The position numbers were made by a program, and so were the translations under genes. 64,000 nucleotides of DNA, from the NCBI RefSeq assembly GCF_004010195.1, contig NC_057718.1, positions 23,466,637-23,530,636 of the forward strand. The letters run 5' to 3'. Origin of the DNA: Chiloscyllium plagiosum. Lineage: Eukaryota. The notes under the pieces are model-generated. The model was given only the letters and a program-made list of their open reading frames with translations. It had not been told where the DNA came from and did no database searches. Below, piece after piece: positions 12,539-25,789 of the stretch; within the stretch, counting starts at the first letter, position 1, and each line of letters begins with the position of its first letter.

Positions 12539-14549
12539 CTTCCTTGGCAATGGACCTCTCTGCAGGTGCTTTACCAGCACATGGCACTGATTGCCATGGT
12601 GAAATACTCGCCCAGACTGGCTGACATGTTGCCGCAGGCAGGAATACCACCTGAATCCTGGCGACAACCCGAGGCTGACCTGCTAAGCACCTGATGGATG
12701 TTTTAGTCTATCAGGCCACCCCAACCGAGGAAAGGGGGGCACACTCATATCAGTTCCCTAATTGGTAGGTGAGTTGCCCATCGCCAACTTTACATTCCAC
12801 CTAATAAGTGCATTTCATCCATAGCAGGCACTTTGCTCCTTCTCACATTGTCTCAGATCACAGTCACCATGATTTCTGCAGTCACTGCAGATAATTGATC
12901 AATGTCCCAGTTGTAAGCTGTTCATAGAATCCCCATTGTGTTTGATTGCCTCTTTTTCTCCTTTTTTGCACATTGCTCATGTATCAAACTTGGTCTGAAT
13001 TTTGAAACAAAGTTTAAATATTACTTCTTCTTTCTTAAACTCAAACTCCCTTGGTTCCCATGAATACAAGAAGATTACACACTTGCCCATTATAACTATC
13101 ACCCACCATGGAATCTTATTTCAATCATTTCACTGTCATGATTTGCGGCGATCCATTCAGTTCCTCTTCAGGTTTGCCCTGATAGTCTGACACCTCTTGT
13201 GAAAAATGTGTGCAACGGCATCACTCTGCTGTCTTTATTTGAACTTGTTTTTATATTTTATTAGAGAAGAACCATTTGCCACAAAGTGAGGAAGAAAGTA
13301 GCTCATGTTCACCAGTGGAATGAGTGAACTGGTGTTTTCAGATACCCCGTGATTACTTAAAAACCCCATTTCATGTTTCAATTTGCAAAGAACTTGCACC
13401 GGCAAACAAAATAGGAAAACATTTGTTATTTTGCTTTTCAATGATTGTGGTGTACTGTGTTTCACTTGTTTACCTCAGGTCTATCACTAACATGCTACAC
13501 ATTTGCATTTTTCCTCTGTACCTTCATTCTTTATTAAAATTCAAATGCATTAGTACTAAAAGCAGTATCACTATGTTCCTCACTATCTTCTTCAAAGTCA
13601 TATTAACATGCTGTTGCTTTGTTTGATTTATGCTTTGGAGATTTATATTGGCAATGATTCTCCTTTTTTTCCTTTGCACTTGAGTAAAAGAAGTTGACCA
13701 TCTATCACTCCCATTCTGTATATTGAACAAAGACACTGTATTAAGCATTAACTTACAACTGAGAAGATTAATGTCTGCTCCAATTTATTTCCACACTCAC
13801 CATAAAAGTCATGGCAAATATTCAAAAACCAAATTTGGAAGGGAATAAAGTTCCTCTTTATTTATTATTCAGGTAAGAGAAAGGACACCTGCCTCCCGGA
13901 GATTCAGTACTCCGTGCTTTGCAGTTTTTCTGTCTCCATTAATGAACAGATTGAATCTAAACATGTCCTGTACAGCTTGTTGAAAGTTTTTCATTTCCTC
14001 CTGCGCTCAGGCAAATCTTGATCTCAGATGTTTGTACTCATAATCCTCAATTTGAAAATTATCTCCAGGCTCCAAAGAAACTCGCATGAGCTGGTTGGGA
14101 GATGGCTGGGGGTAGTTGCATTGGTGAATGTGAATGTGAAGTTGACAGAAGCACTTGAGTAAATACGTCTTTGAGCACATGGCATGTTTGTTATGGCCTG
14201 TTACAATCACATTAAAGGCCACGTGGTACATAGATCATTCTTGTTTCTGATTACAGTCCCTGCTGACTGTCTGAAAGCAAACCTGCACTGTAGTAGCTGT
14301 CTCAAACATGTGCATGTTGGTGTGTGTACTCTAGTTCTCTGTTTGGCCTGTAACAATCCTGGCAAGCAATAGGCACTGACTTCTTGACAACTGTCCAGTT
14401 AACTTTGAATGTGTTTTATTTGCCAAATAATGGGTGCTGCCCCATTGAATTCTGGGTCACTTTTGTTACTGCTTGGCATTCTTTGAGATCTCTTCTCCTC
14501 CATTCAGTGAAAAATATAAAATCAACATTTTTAAAAATACATTTTTAAA

Positions 14550-15262
14550 AGGGCCAATTGGCTGAGGAGTGGCAGATAGAGTTTAATTTAGATAAATGTG
14601 AGGTGCTGCATTTTGGAAAAGCAAATCATAGCAGGACTTATGCACTTCATGGTAAGTTCCTGGGGAGTGTTGCTGAACAAAAAGACCTTGGAGTTCATGT
14701 TAATAGTTCCTTGAAAATAGAGTCGCAGGTAGATAGGATAGTGAAGAAGGCATTTGGTATGCTTTTTGTTATTGGTCAGGGCATTGAGTACAGGAGCTGG
14801 GAGGTCATGTTGCAGCTGTACAGGACATTGGTTAGGACACATTTGGAATATTGTAAGAATGTTGTGAAACTTGAAAGGGTTCAGAAAAGATTTACAAGGA
14901 TGTTGCCAGGGTTGGAGATTATGAGCTATAGGGAGATGTTGAATAGGCTGGGACTGTTTTTCTTGGAGTGTCGGAGGCTGAGGGATGAGCTTATAGAAGT
15001 TTAGAAAGTCATGAGGGGCATGGATAGGAAAAATGGACAAGTTCTTTTTCCCTGGGGTGGGTGAGTCCAGAACTAGAGGGCGTAGGTTTAGAATAGAAGG
15101 GGAAAGATATCGAAGGGACATAAGGGGCGACCTTTGTTCTTGCAGAGGATGGTGCATGTATGGAATGAGCTGTCAGAGGAAGTGTTGGACGCTGGTACGT
15201 TTGCAGCATTTAAAAGGCATCTGGATGGGTATATGAATAGGAAGGGTTTCAAGGGATATGGG
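14550..15262 (+). mobile_element. CR1 RT C-terminal fragment
   Basis: ORF 14558-15004 WQIEFNLDKCEVLHFGK..LERVQKRFTRMLPG. Confidence 0.9.
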
Positions 15263-16410
15263 TTCTAACCTTGTTCACAAGTCTATTGTGTGACACTGCA
15301 TTAAATGTTTTTCAGAAGTCCATGTGCACTGCATCAATAGCATTGCTCTTATCAGTTCTTGCTGTTAGCTCATCAAAAAATTCAAGAGAGTGAAATGCCA
15401 TTTGGAGATCCAATGCAGACATAATGAAAATGGCCTCCATTAGTACTATTATTATTCTGTGCTTCTATGAAATTAGTTAAGCACATTTCGCTCTTAACCT
15501 TCCACATTGACTTCCCTTAATTAACACAGATTTTCCCTAGTGTCTACTAACTTTCTCCTAATTGACATTTCTGGAGCTTTTCCACCACCAGAGTTAAACT
15601 GACAAGCCTGTAATTGCGAAGATTGTCTTTACAAGGGTGTAATGATTGCAATTTTCCAATCGTCTGGCACTCCCCAAAGTCAAAGAAGGATTGGAAAATT
15701 AAGGACATCGACTGCAATTTCTGCTGTCACTTTCTTCAGTATCTGGACCCAGTGCTTAATCAACTTTAAGTACAAAAAAACCTATTCAATATTTCCTCCT
15801 TATCAATTTAAAATCCTTCAAGGGTCTGAACTACTTCCTCTTTCACCATGACTTGGGCAGAATCTTCTTTGGTGAAGATAGATGCAAAATATTCATTTAA
15901 TACTCAGTCTTGCCCTGCTTCCAGATGTAAATTTCTGTTTTTGCTCCCTAATCAACTCCGCACCAACATCGGCTATCCATGTGTCGATGGAAGGCTTTCA
16001 GATTCCCTTTTATGTTAGCTGCCAGTCTCTTCTCATTCTCTCCTTTTGTTACACTTATTAGCTTTTCCAATTCTCCACTGAATCGTTTATATTTAGCCTG
16101 GTTCATAATTATCTACCTGGCATCTGTTATAAGCATACGTTTCCTACTTCATCCTGATTTCTATCTCGTTCGTCATCCAGAGAGCTCCAGAATTGTTTAC
16201 CCTATCTGTCCCTTTCATTGGAATGTAATTTAGCTTTTTTTAAAACTATTGCTTATTCAAAGGGAGTCCACATTCAGTTACAATTTTGACTACTAATCTT
16301 TGATTCCAATTTATCAAGCCAAGACTCATTCCAATGCCATTGAAATTGGCTTTGCTCCAGTTAATTATTCTTATTCTGAATTGTTTTTGTCCTTTTCTGT
16401 AACCAATTGG
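15263..16410 (-). mobile_element. Old decayed CR1 ORF2 fragment
   Basis: Reverse complement resembles CR1 RT N-terminus and linker (compare 27100-28150). Confidence 0.65.
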
Positions 16411-16874
16411 ATTTCAGCTTTCATTTTAAACCTGTAGCCATTTTGCCACTTTTTGTAATTGTAAAATATTTCAGACTAAATTAGTATATTATTTTGCTAA
16501 CATGAAATTTATTTGTAAAACAAGTGTGGAATAATACTTGCATATTTCTTCACCTAAGGGCAAATCTAAAATGGGATTTCAGTGTTATGTATAGAATTTG
16601 TAGCTTGTCACTGTAATAAGATAGCAATGGAAATATGAAAGACATAATACAGGTTGCCATTCAGACTTTGAAAATCTTTAACTTGTTATACCTCTGCAGG
16701 ATAAACTGAATGTTAACAAAAATTTCAGGTATTAAGCATCAATAATAGTCTTGTATGGACCACATTATTGTCACGTCAGAATTGTTTTGTACCTGTGTGT
16801 CTTCTTATTGGTTCCAAGTTCTACCATTGAAGACATCAATAGAGTTACAAACATGTTCACTTTTTGAAGGCGAA

Positions 16875-17195
16875 GAGGTGGCCTTATAGACGTTAATAAA
16901 ATCATGAGGGGCATGGATGGGTGAATAGCTAAGGTCTGTTTCCTCGGGTGGGGGAGTCTAAAACTAGAGGGTATAGGTTTAAGGTGAGAGGGGAAAGATG
17001 TAAAAAGGACCTAAAGGGTAACTTTTTCACGCAGAGAGTGGTATGGAATGGACTGCCAGACAAGGTGGTAGAGGATGGTACAATTACAACACCTGGATGG
17101 GTAGATGTATAGGAAGGGTTTAGAGAGATATGAGCCAAATGCTGGCAAATGGGAGGAGGTCAGATTGCTGTGTACAGTATCTCTATGACTCTATG
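16875..17195 (+). mobile_element. CR1 3' end
   Basis: FFTQRV-coding segment and ctctatgactctatg tail. Confidence 0.85.
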
Positions 17196-17550
17196 TGGGC
17201 ATCACTGATAAAGCCAATAGTTATTGCCCTTGAGAAGCTGGTAGTGGGCTGTCTTCTTGAACGGTGACACAGCCGCAATATTATTACAGTGGAAGTTCCA
17301 GGGTTCCAACCCAATGACAGAAAGGAACAGTCATTAAGTTCTGGTTAAGTCAGGTTTGCACGTAATTTGGAAAGCATTAAATGCCCAGGCAAAAGCGAGG
17401 CAAGTGATCTGTCCTGTTTTATTCCTGTTATCCCTTTTCATAGCATTGCAGTTGGCTTACTGAGTCATTCCAAAGTGCAGATTGGTTCCAGCCATATTGC
17501 AGTGGCTCTAGAATCACCTGACTGACAAAGATGGCAGATTTTGTTCCGTG
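17196..17550 (-). mobile_element. 3' end of second CR1/L2-group LINE or its partner SINE
   Basis: Reverse complement resembles tail at 34350-34540. Confidence 0.55.
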
Positions 17551-18006
17551 AACAATATCACAACCTCCGTTCCCATCTTCTTCAGACAGCAAACTGATTC
17601 AGCTATCGCCATTTACCTTTCCTCTGAAACTCCAACTTCTCCAGCCATTTCAACTTCAGTCATCGAGCTCCACCCTGCAGATGAGACTCATTCAGAAACT
17701 GAGTCAACATGGCCAGCATTGAGGTGCTAGTATCCAAATGTCAGCTCTGTTGGGTGGGACAAATAGCTTAGCTCTCTGAAGCCAGACTCCTAAAACAATC
17801 GCTCTTCTTGGAACTTCATCACTGCAGGAGACTCCCAGGCAGACAGCAGTAACACTTGGAGGATGGTTGACTTCTGAAGAGGTGGAGGAGATGGTTGTGG
17901 TAGGTGCAGTGGGGGAAGACTGACCATTCATGGAGCCTCAGAATCAAAACCTATTTGCTTATGAGCTTCTGATGGGCAAGATGGGAGGTCCTCATTGTCA
18001 GGCTGA

Positions 18007-18195
18007 TTGGCAGACCTGGCATCGGGGAGGCAGAGACAGAGTGTCTACTGAGAAGAATACCCCTATCCTTGCTGTCCAGTTAAGTACCAAATTACCATTT
18101 AGCAGGGTGGAGCTTCAGAAAAGGAGATACAGGGTTCCTTCCAGCTCCCCAGTCAGTGACCAAGACTCCTTTTGCCGACATTAAATTCCATTCTA
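18007..18195. repeat. Copy 1 of ~190-bp local direct repeat (copy 2 at 20173-20363)
   Basis: ttggcagacctggca...aaattccattct matches 20173-20363 with few substitutions and one short indel. Confidence 0.9.
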
Positions 18196-18618
18196 CTTTT
18201 TGACCTCTCCACAATCAAACCTTTCCCTCTCTCTCTAAGCGAAATTAATCTTCATCTCTCTCGAGGTAGTTTTATGTCTCTTGAGATAGCTCTATCTCTT
18301 TCTATCTCTCTAGAGATAGATCTGACTCCTCTCACCTCTCTGATGATTGAGAGAGACAGTGATTGATTTTCAAGATGAGCATTGTTTAAATGCATTGAGC
18401 GTTCTGAATGCAGAGAGGCAGGGAACTGTAAAAGTCAAGGTCTGTGTGTTGTGATCACTGACATTTCAGTTTAACATTCAGAGATTGAGGGTTACTGCTG
18501 CAAGGAAAGCTTCGAGCTGGTTTTGAAACAATGGCAAGTCTGCTGCGTTGGCAATAACCAAGACTTTTAAAAATAAAGAAAATCAACCATTCAAGCAAGT
18601 GTACAAAAAGCATGACAA

Positions 18619-19807
18619 TTTGTTGGCTATGTAGAACAGTTGATCTTCCATAATTACACTGGCACCACTCCCCACCTCTTCCTCCGTTACATTGATGACT
18701 GCATTGGCGCCACCTCGTGCTCCCGCGAGGAGGTTGAGCAATTCATCAACTTCACCAACACATTCCATCCTGACCTTAAATTTACCTGGACAATCTCTGA
18801 CACCGCCCTCCCCTTCCTGGACCTCTCCATCNNNNNNNNNNNNNNNNNNNNNNNNNNNNNNNNNNNNNNNNNNNNNNNNNNNNNNNNNNNNNNNNNNNNN
18901 NNNNNNNNNNNNNNNNNNNNNNNNNNNNNNNNNNNNNNNNNNNNNNNNNNNNNNNNNNNNNNNNNNNNNNNNNNNNNNNNNNNNNNNNNNNNNNNNNNNN
19001 NNNNNNNNNNNNNNNNNNNNNNNNNNNNNNNNNNNNNNNNNNNNNNNNNNNNNNNNNNNNNNNNNNNNNNNNNNNNNNNNNNNNNNNNNNNNNNNNNNNN
19101 NNNNNNNNNNNNNNNNNNNNNNNNNNNNNNNNNNNNNNNNNNNNNNNNNNNNNNNNNNNNNNNNNNNNNNNNNNNNNNNNNNNNNNNNNNNNNNNNNNNN
19201 NNNNNNNNNNNNNNNNNNNNNNNNNNNNNNNNNNNNNNNNNNNNNNNNNNNNNNNNNNNNNNNNNNNNNNNNNNNNNNNNNNNNNNNNNNNNNNNNNNNN
19301 NNNNNNNNNNNNNNNNNNNNNNNNNNNNNNNNNNNNNNNNNNNNNNNNNNNNNNNNNNNNNNNNNNNNNNNNNNNNNNNNNNNNNNNNNNNNNNNNNNNN
19401 NNNNNNNNNNNNNNNNNNNNNNNNNNNNNNNNNNNNNNNNNNNNNNNNNNNNNNNNNNNNNNNNNNNNNNNNNNNNNNNNNNNNNNNNNNNNNNNNNNNN
19501 NNNNNNNNNNNNNNNNNNNNNNNNNNNNNNNNNNNNNNNNNNNNNNNNNNNNNNNNNNNNNNNNNNNNNNNNNNNNNNNNNNNNNNNNNNNNNNNNNNNN
19601 NNNNNNNNNNNNNNNNNNNNNNNNNNACTCACCCATTGTACTCTATGCTACTCTCTCCCCACCCCCACCCTCCCCTAGCTTATCTCTCCACGCTTCAAGC
19701 TCACTGCCTTTATTCCTGATGAAGGGCTTTTGCCCGAAATGTCGATTTCACTCCTCGTTGGATGCTGCCTGAACTACTGTGCTCTTCCAGCACCACTAAT
19801 CCAGAAT
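18619..19807 (+). mobile_element. Penelope-like retroelement, 5'-truncated (RT core, N gap, terminal repeat)
   Basis: FVGYVEQ..LFLRYIDDCIG..FHPDLKFTW..LPFLDLSI; terminus shared with 46559-46715. Confidence 0.9.
19716..19743 (+). ncRNA. Minimal hammerhead ribozyme core in PLE terminus
   Basis: CTGATGA-AGGGC TTTT GCCC-GAAA-TGTC. Confidence 0.7.
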
Positions 19808-20172
19808 TAGTTCTACTGGTAGAGGCTGGGCTGAATTTTGCCATCATTCTCTGCATGGATTTCCTAACAGGGTGTCTACGGGCCATTGTTGCTGGTCTCC
19901 CTGATGACGGGGCTAGCAGCTCTGAAGATGAAGATGTGATCACTGCAGAAGCAGGCAGGAGACCTTGGGGCACCTCCCGGTTAGTAAGACACAACCAAAA
20001 ATTCCAGGGAGATGTGGGCCACTGGGAAAACACGTGTGGGCGAATCATTGAGGCCATTTTTATTTCAGATTTCCAGCATCCGACACATTATATCAGCATC
20101 CATCCAAATTGGTGGCAGGGTAGGGCACAGGAAGCAACAAGTGCCGTCTCTGGCTCCCTGGGTGAGCCCCAC

Positions 20173-20363
20173 TTGGCAGACCTGGCACCAGGGAGGCAGA
20201 GACAGAGTGTCTACTGAGAAGAATACCCCTATCCTTGCTGTCCAGTTAAGTACCAAATTACCATTTAGCAGGATGGAGCTTCTGAAAAGAAGGAGATACA
20301 GGGCTCTTTCCAGCTCCCCAGTCAGTGACCAAGACTCCTTTTGCCGACATCAAATTCCATTCT
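20173..20363. repeat. Copy 2 of ~190-bp local direct repeat
   Basis: Matches 18007-18195. Confidence 0.9.
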
Positions 20364-20719
20364 GCTGAAAGGGCTGGTGTTTCAGCGAGTCACCCTGTAA
20401 TGCCTGCTGCACCAAAGGGGTTTCATGAATTAGTTGCCCCCTCCTTCAGCCTGGGCAGCCAATCCCTACCTGGTCTCAGCGCTGAGGAGGTGACATTCTG
20501 ACATAAGTCATCTTGTTTTTACTGGCACCCAGCCCTCTAGCCTGACATCAATTTGGATGGATGCTGGTATAATACCCAGAATACTGGAAATCTGAAATAA
20601 AATTGGAAATCTCTGCAAGAACTCAGCCAGTCAGTCTGATCTGACTATTTCCAGCATTTTCTGCTTTGGATACTGTTCACTGGCATGAGACAACATTCTT
20701 GATATCTCTTAATAATTAG

Positions 20720-21068
20720 AATAGAATCCCTACAGTGTGGAAAAAGGCCCTTTAGCCCAACAAGCCCACTCCAACCCTTCGAACAGTAACCCACCCAGGC
20801 CCATTCTCCTATCCTTTTACTCTATATTTACCCCTGACTAATGCATCTAAGCTAAACATCCCTTGACACTACGGGCAATTTAGCATGGCCAATTCAACTA
20901 ACCTGCACATCTTTGGACTGTGGGAAGAAACCAGAGATCCAGAGGAAACCCACGCAAACACGGGGAGAAGGTGCAAACTCCACATAGACAGTTGCTTAAG
21001 GCTGGAATCAAACCCAGCTCCCTGACACTGTGAGGCAGCAGTGCTAACTACTGAGCCATCATGCTGCT
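20720..21068 (-). mobile_element. HE1-type V-SINE
   Basis: Reverse complement of 1540-1862 type. Confidence 0.9.
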
Positions 21069-22057
21069 CATTTAATCGATAACAAAACTGTATAAACTAC
21101 TCACAGTTAATGGGCGGCACTAACGTCTCCTCTAGAATAGTTGATAGCTCAAAGTAATGGCATAAACACAGAATATTAAGAAGGTATGGAATGTTATAGG
21201 AGGCAAGACTGAAATCTAGCATTTGTTCTTTCTAGAGAGATATAGCATTTGATTGAAATCCTTATATGTGAAATGTGGGAAACTGGTCTTCACTGATAGT
21301 GAGACATCAAGCCATTATACACTCTGGCCAGTTGCCTATCCATTGGCTTCAATGCACACTGGATGCAAAGAATTTTGAAATGACCTGAAGGTTGACCATC
21401 ACTAGATTTGTCTGTGAACATTGTGTCGAACTGATTCTGGTTTTCTCCTGACTGGTCACAACTGGACCACGGGCCTTCTATTTACATTGAACAATTTAAC
21501 AATGATTTGTTCGTTATTTAAATGCAAATTTACATTTTTTTAACAATACAGTTCTTAATTCTTTGCCTCAATTCAAGCTGAGATATGTTAACGGTGGAGA
21601 TAAACACAAAGCAGATTATTTCCTTCTCATTCTTCTCCCACTACCTCTCCTCTGAATGCAGGCATCAAACCCCAGCTGCAATTACAACGCATCAGCAAAC
21701 ATAAAGTATCAGCTTTTTTTTATTCTCCTTACATCTTGTGTTTCCTTTGTTGTTAATCGTCTCTCAATCACACTTAGTTCTATGCAAGTCACATGGATTA
21801 ACTGTGGATTCATTTGGAGTAGTATCCCCACCCATGGACCAGGAAGCCTGGGGTCAAGAAGTGGATAATAATATCTCTGAACAGTTTGATTAGAAAATTA
21901 CAGAATTAAAAAATAAAATAAAATTGTATCTTTTAACCAGACACAGACTGAAACTGGATATTGGATTAGGAGGTATGTGCTTGTAATCTGCAATTCTGAA
22001 AAAAAAACATGTGAAGAAGCATATAGGTTGGTTCTAGTTGTATCCTTCTCTGGTTAG

Positions 22058-22369
22058 ATTAGATTCCCTACAGTGTGGAAACAGGCCCTTCAGCCCAACA
22101 AGTCCACACCGACCCTCCAAAGAGTAACCCACCCAGACCCATTTCCCCTCTGACTAATGCACCTAACTCTATGGGCAATTTAGCATGGCCAATTCACCTG
22201 ACTTGCACATCTTTGGACTGTAGGAGGAAACCAGAGCACCTGGAGGAAACCCATGCAGATACTGGGAGAACGTGCAAACTCCACACAGACTGTCACTCAA
22301 GGCTGGAATTGAAGCCGGTCCCTGGTGCTGTGAGGCAGCAGTGCTAACTATTGAGCCATCGTGCCACCC
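22058..22369 (-). mobile_element. HE1-type V-SINE
   Basis: gtgcaaactccacacagac and gtgaggcagcagtgctaac. Confidence 0.9.
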
Positions 22370-23054
22370 TTTTTGACTTTCTGAATTGCAATACTGTGAT
22401 CCTCTGTGATCCTATGAGCAGACCTAAGACCAGTTTATCTCGTTGTTCCTCCAAAGAGAGAAAAATATGCTGAGTCGTCATTCATTAAATGCTGCCTTTA
22501 CAATGACAATTGTTGCAATTTTACAATGTAAAAATACTGCTTCAAAGCTCACAATGAAAAGATCATTGGCAGAGACTTAGAGTGTGGTAATCTCTGTGGA
22601 CTTCAGTCTAAGATAATTTCAGTTCCCCAGTCTATAATTCCATTTCTACCCTCTTTTCAGTAGGCATGATACCTCTAGTTAATAATCACTATTAACTGTT
22701 GAGCTAGTGTGTTCAGCAAGGAAACACTCATCAAATGATTCTACAAGGAAACATTTTGCAGGGACATTTGTTGCCTAAAAGAATAAAAATCCAAATGACT
22801 TGACAATGCAGTTGGAGTAAATATTTTAAGATTTCCAAATCAATGTTTGCATAAGGATATTTGTCAATAATGCTTATTAAGAATCATTTCAGGTGTCTGC
22901 TTTTTGAAGCCTGCAGCATGATGCTTAAAGTATCTGCATTGCTTCACTTTTACGCCCCCAGTAGATTGGTGGGCAAGGTCTGGGTCCTACTCGTTTGTGA
23001 AGCCAAGCTTTACTGTTACTGGTTCAAATCCTGCAACACCTTGCCTACCAATAC

Positions 23055-23385
23055 ATGGCATTGTGGCTTAGTAGTTAGCAGCACCGGGGACCAAGGTTCA
23101 ATTCCAGCGACAGTCTGTGTGGAGTTTGCATGGTCTCCCCGCGTATGCATGGGTTTCTCTGGGTGCTCTAGTTGCCTCCCACTGTCCAAAGATGTGCAGG
23201 ATAGGTGAATTGGCCATGCTAAACTTCCCATAGTATCAAGGGATGTGCAGGCCAGGTGGGTTAGCCATGGGAAATACATGGTTATAGGAATAGGGTAGGG
23301 GGTAGGTCTGGGTGGGATATTTTTTGAAGGGGTGGTGTGGACTCAATATGCCGAATGGCCTGCTTCCACACTGTAGGGATTCTAT
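23055..23385 (+). mobile_element. HE1-type V-SINE
   Basis: tRNA head, V-domain, ctgtagggattctatg tail. Confidence 0.88.
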
Positions 23386-24629
23386 GAACACAGTGATGTT
23401 TCTATACCACATGGACTGCAGCAGTTCAAGAAGGCAGCGCACTAACACTTTCTCAAGAGCAATTAGGGATTGGGATGGCTAGCGATGTTCAAGTCCAATG
23501 AACAGATGTTTATCAATGCAGATAAACATGAGACACCTGAAACCTCTTTGAATATCTATTTAGCACAATCATGGATATTGTTATCACCATATAGATAAGA
23601 GGTAGTAATGGCATAGGCCCAACAGTTTTCTTTATTGCCAGCATTGGCACTTCACATGAAATTGGCTTCATTTTGCAAATCTTTACAAGTGCCATAATGG
23701 ACATACGTGGCTCATGCCATGGAACAGAGATGTCCTCTTTGTCATGATGATCACAGAGTAATGTGCTACACTAGTGCACTTAAAATAACATGCTGCATTA
23801 TTCCAAAGATTGCAAACATGTAATAGCTATCCTTCATTATCGTCACCACGTTGTTTCTCCATTGTCCATCCTGTATAGCCTGTCGTAAATAATTCCAGCT
23901 TTCATGCCTAAGTTAAAAGGGAGATGAAAGAAGTAATATATGATCAGAAATTAAATCGTGACAATAAATTAATTATTGGTAACTGCTGAAGGATACCAGC
24001 AAGATGTGCCCTCATTAATGGGTAAGGGAATCTGTGTACAGCTGTAATTTCTCTCTGTTTGAAATGAACAACCGTCCATCTACAATGACAGCACTATCAC
24101 AACTCAAATCTCTTCTACCATCTTCTTCAACATTCAAAATTTAAAATGTTTTAAAATCTGCCAGAACATGACTAGTATATATTTAAAGCAGCTCTTCAGC
24201 CAGTCAAGATCTTACAGACATAAGTAAGATTTCAGTACACAAAGCAGCAAAAGTGTCCTTATGTGATCACTAAGGATAAATCTATACTGAATATAAGGAG
24301 GCTATTAATGTTATGGTGGCAAGACTTCCTTTAATACTTAATAACAGAAAGATCTATTGGTATGAACATCTTGTGGAATGGGTTTATAACGAAAAAATAT
24401 AACAAAGTTAGGGACGTTGAAATCTAGTCAGCAGTGTAGATGTGTTGCTTCTAGATTATAAGTTACATATTTTAATAAATGTTTGTGCTAATCTAGCTCT
24501 TTTTTGGCTCCAGCTTCTTCAGTTTGGAAAGGTGCTCTTTCACTTTTCTGACACTTTCCAGTTTCCATTCCAGTCAGTTGGTGTAATATATAACGATTGC
24601 AGTTGTCCAGTGATCACAAATTAAGCACC

Positions 24630-24805
24630 GGTTAATATCCTAGGGCTCACAACCTCCTGAGATCAGATTGAGCATGGGAAAATCTCATTTTATGCAGTGC
24701 TTGCTGCCTTAGCAGTGAAAGTAGACCTCTATGAATTCAGCTTAAAGTGGATTTAAACCAAGGTTATAAAGCTGGAAGGCCATTACATCGATCTGGTGTA
24801 TCCTC
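24630..24805 (-). mobile_element. Ancient tRNA-derived SINE fragment, LF-SINE-like
   Basis: Minus strand gccttccagctttataaccttggtttaaatcca...tgcataaaatgag resembles recalled LF-SINE head; weak. Confidence 0.35.
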
Positions 24806-25439
24806 GCTGTTACTGTGACAGAGTTTCCGTGATGCCATAGTTTGAGTGTTCATATAATGGATACTGAAATCACAGTGACTTCAATCAGATTTCAAACTCT
24901 TCTTAAAATTTAATTATCAAAGGAATCACCTCTGCACACAATTATGTGATTAAACTATTCGCACAACCTTTCTAAAAACTGAATGACCTGTTGGTGCTGT
25001 AAATCAGAAACAAAACTAGAAAGACTCAGCACATCTGTGGAGAGAAATCAGTTAACATTATTGGTCCAGTGACCCTTTCTCAGAACCTGCTGAATGTTTC
25101 CAGCGATTTCTGTGTTTGTTTCTGAGCATAACCTTTCTAGCAGACTTTCTGGTGTGTCCAATGGAGCTGCATCAATTTGAGAGTCACCACTCTGTGATTT
25201 TTATTGGTGGACAACCACACTTTTGCTTTTTATTAAGTTAACCTCTATTGAGTTACAAATCCTCATTAATATGACATCTAGCAGATAAACTGGATGAGCT
25301 TATTTTCTTTTACAAGATTGATGTAGGCACTGCAGGCAAAACTGTGTTCCAGTTTATCCCAACTGGATTTGGTAAAGCCTCTGTAATTATATCTGTGCAG
25401 ATGTTTTACTTTGGAGTTAGAGAGAAGCTTTTAATGTTG

Positions 25440-25700
25440 TTAAGAGTGAATTTTGAATTAAAAACAGTAGGTGATATGCTATACCCTGTGGAATTCATTG
25501 CCACGGAGCGCAGTGAAGGCTGGGACATTAAATGTTTTCAAGGTAGAGATTGATAAATTCTTGATCTCGCAAGGAATCAAGTGCTGTGTATAGAGTGCGG
25601 GTAAGTGGAGTTGAAATGCCCATCAGCCATGATTGAATGGCAGAGTGGACTCAATGGGCCAAATGGCCTTATTTCCACTCCTATGTCTTATGGTCTTTAC
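25440..25700 (+). mobile_element. CR1 3' end
   Basis: Tail gaaatgcccatcagccatgattgaatgg also at 54185-54280. Confidence 0.75.
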
Positions 25701-25789
25701 CAAGCACATATCTAAGGAAGTAGTTCAAGTTTTAAACTAGATGGTGGGGGCATGGGCCCATATCTTTTTGTACTGAATCAAAAAGTAGG

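Noticed and set aside
18583..19719. Long ORFs of 280-360 aa (also 45903-46628)
   Set aside because: Length is an artefact of N gaps; the real part is a PLE fragment
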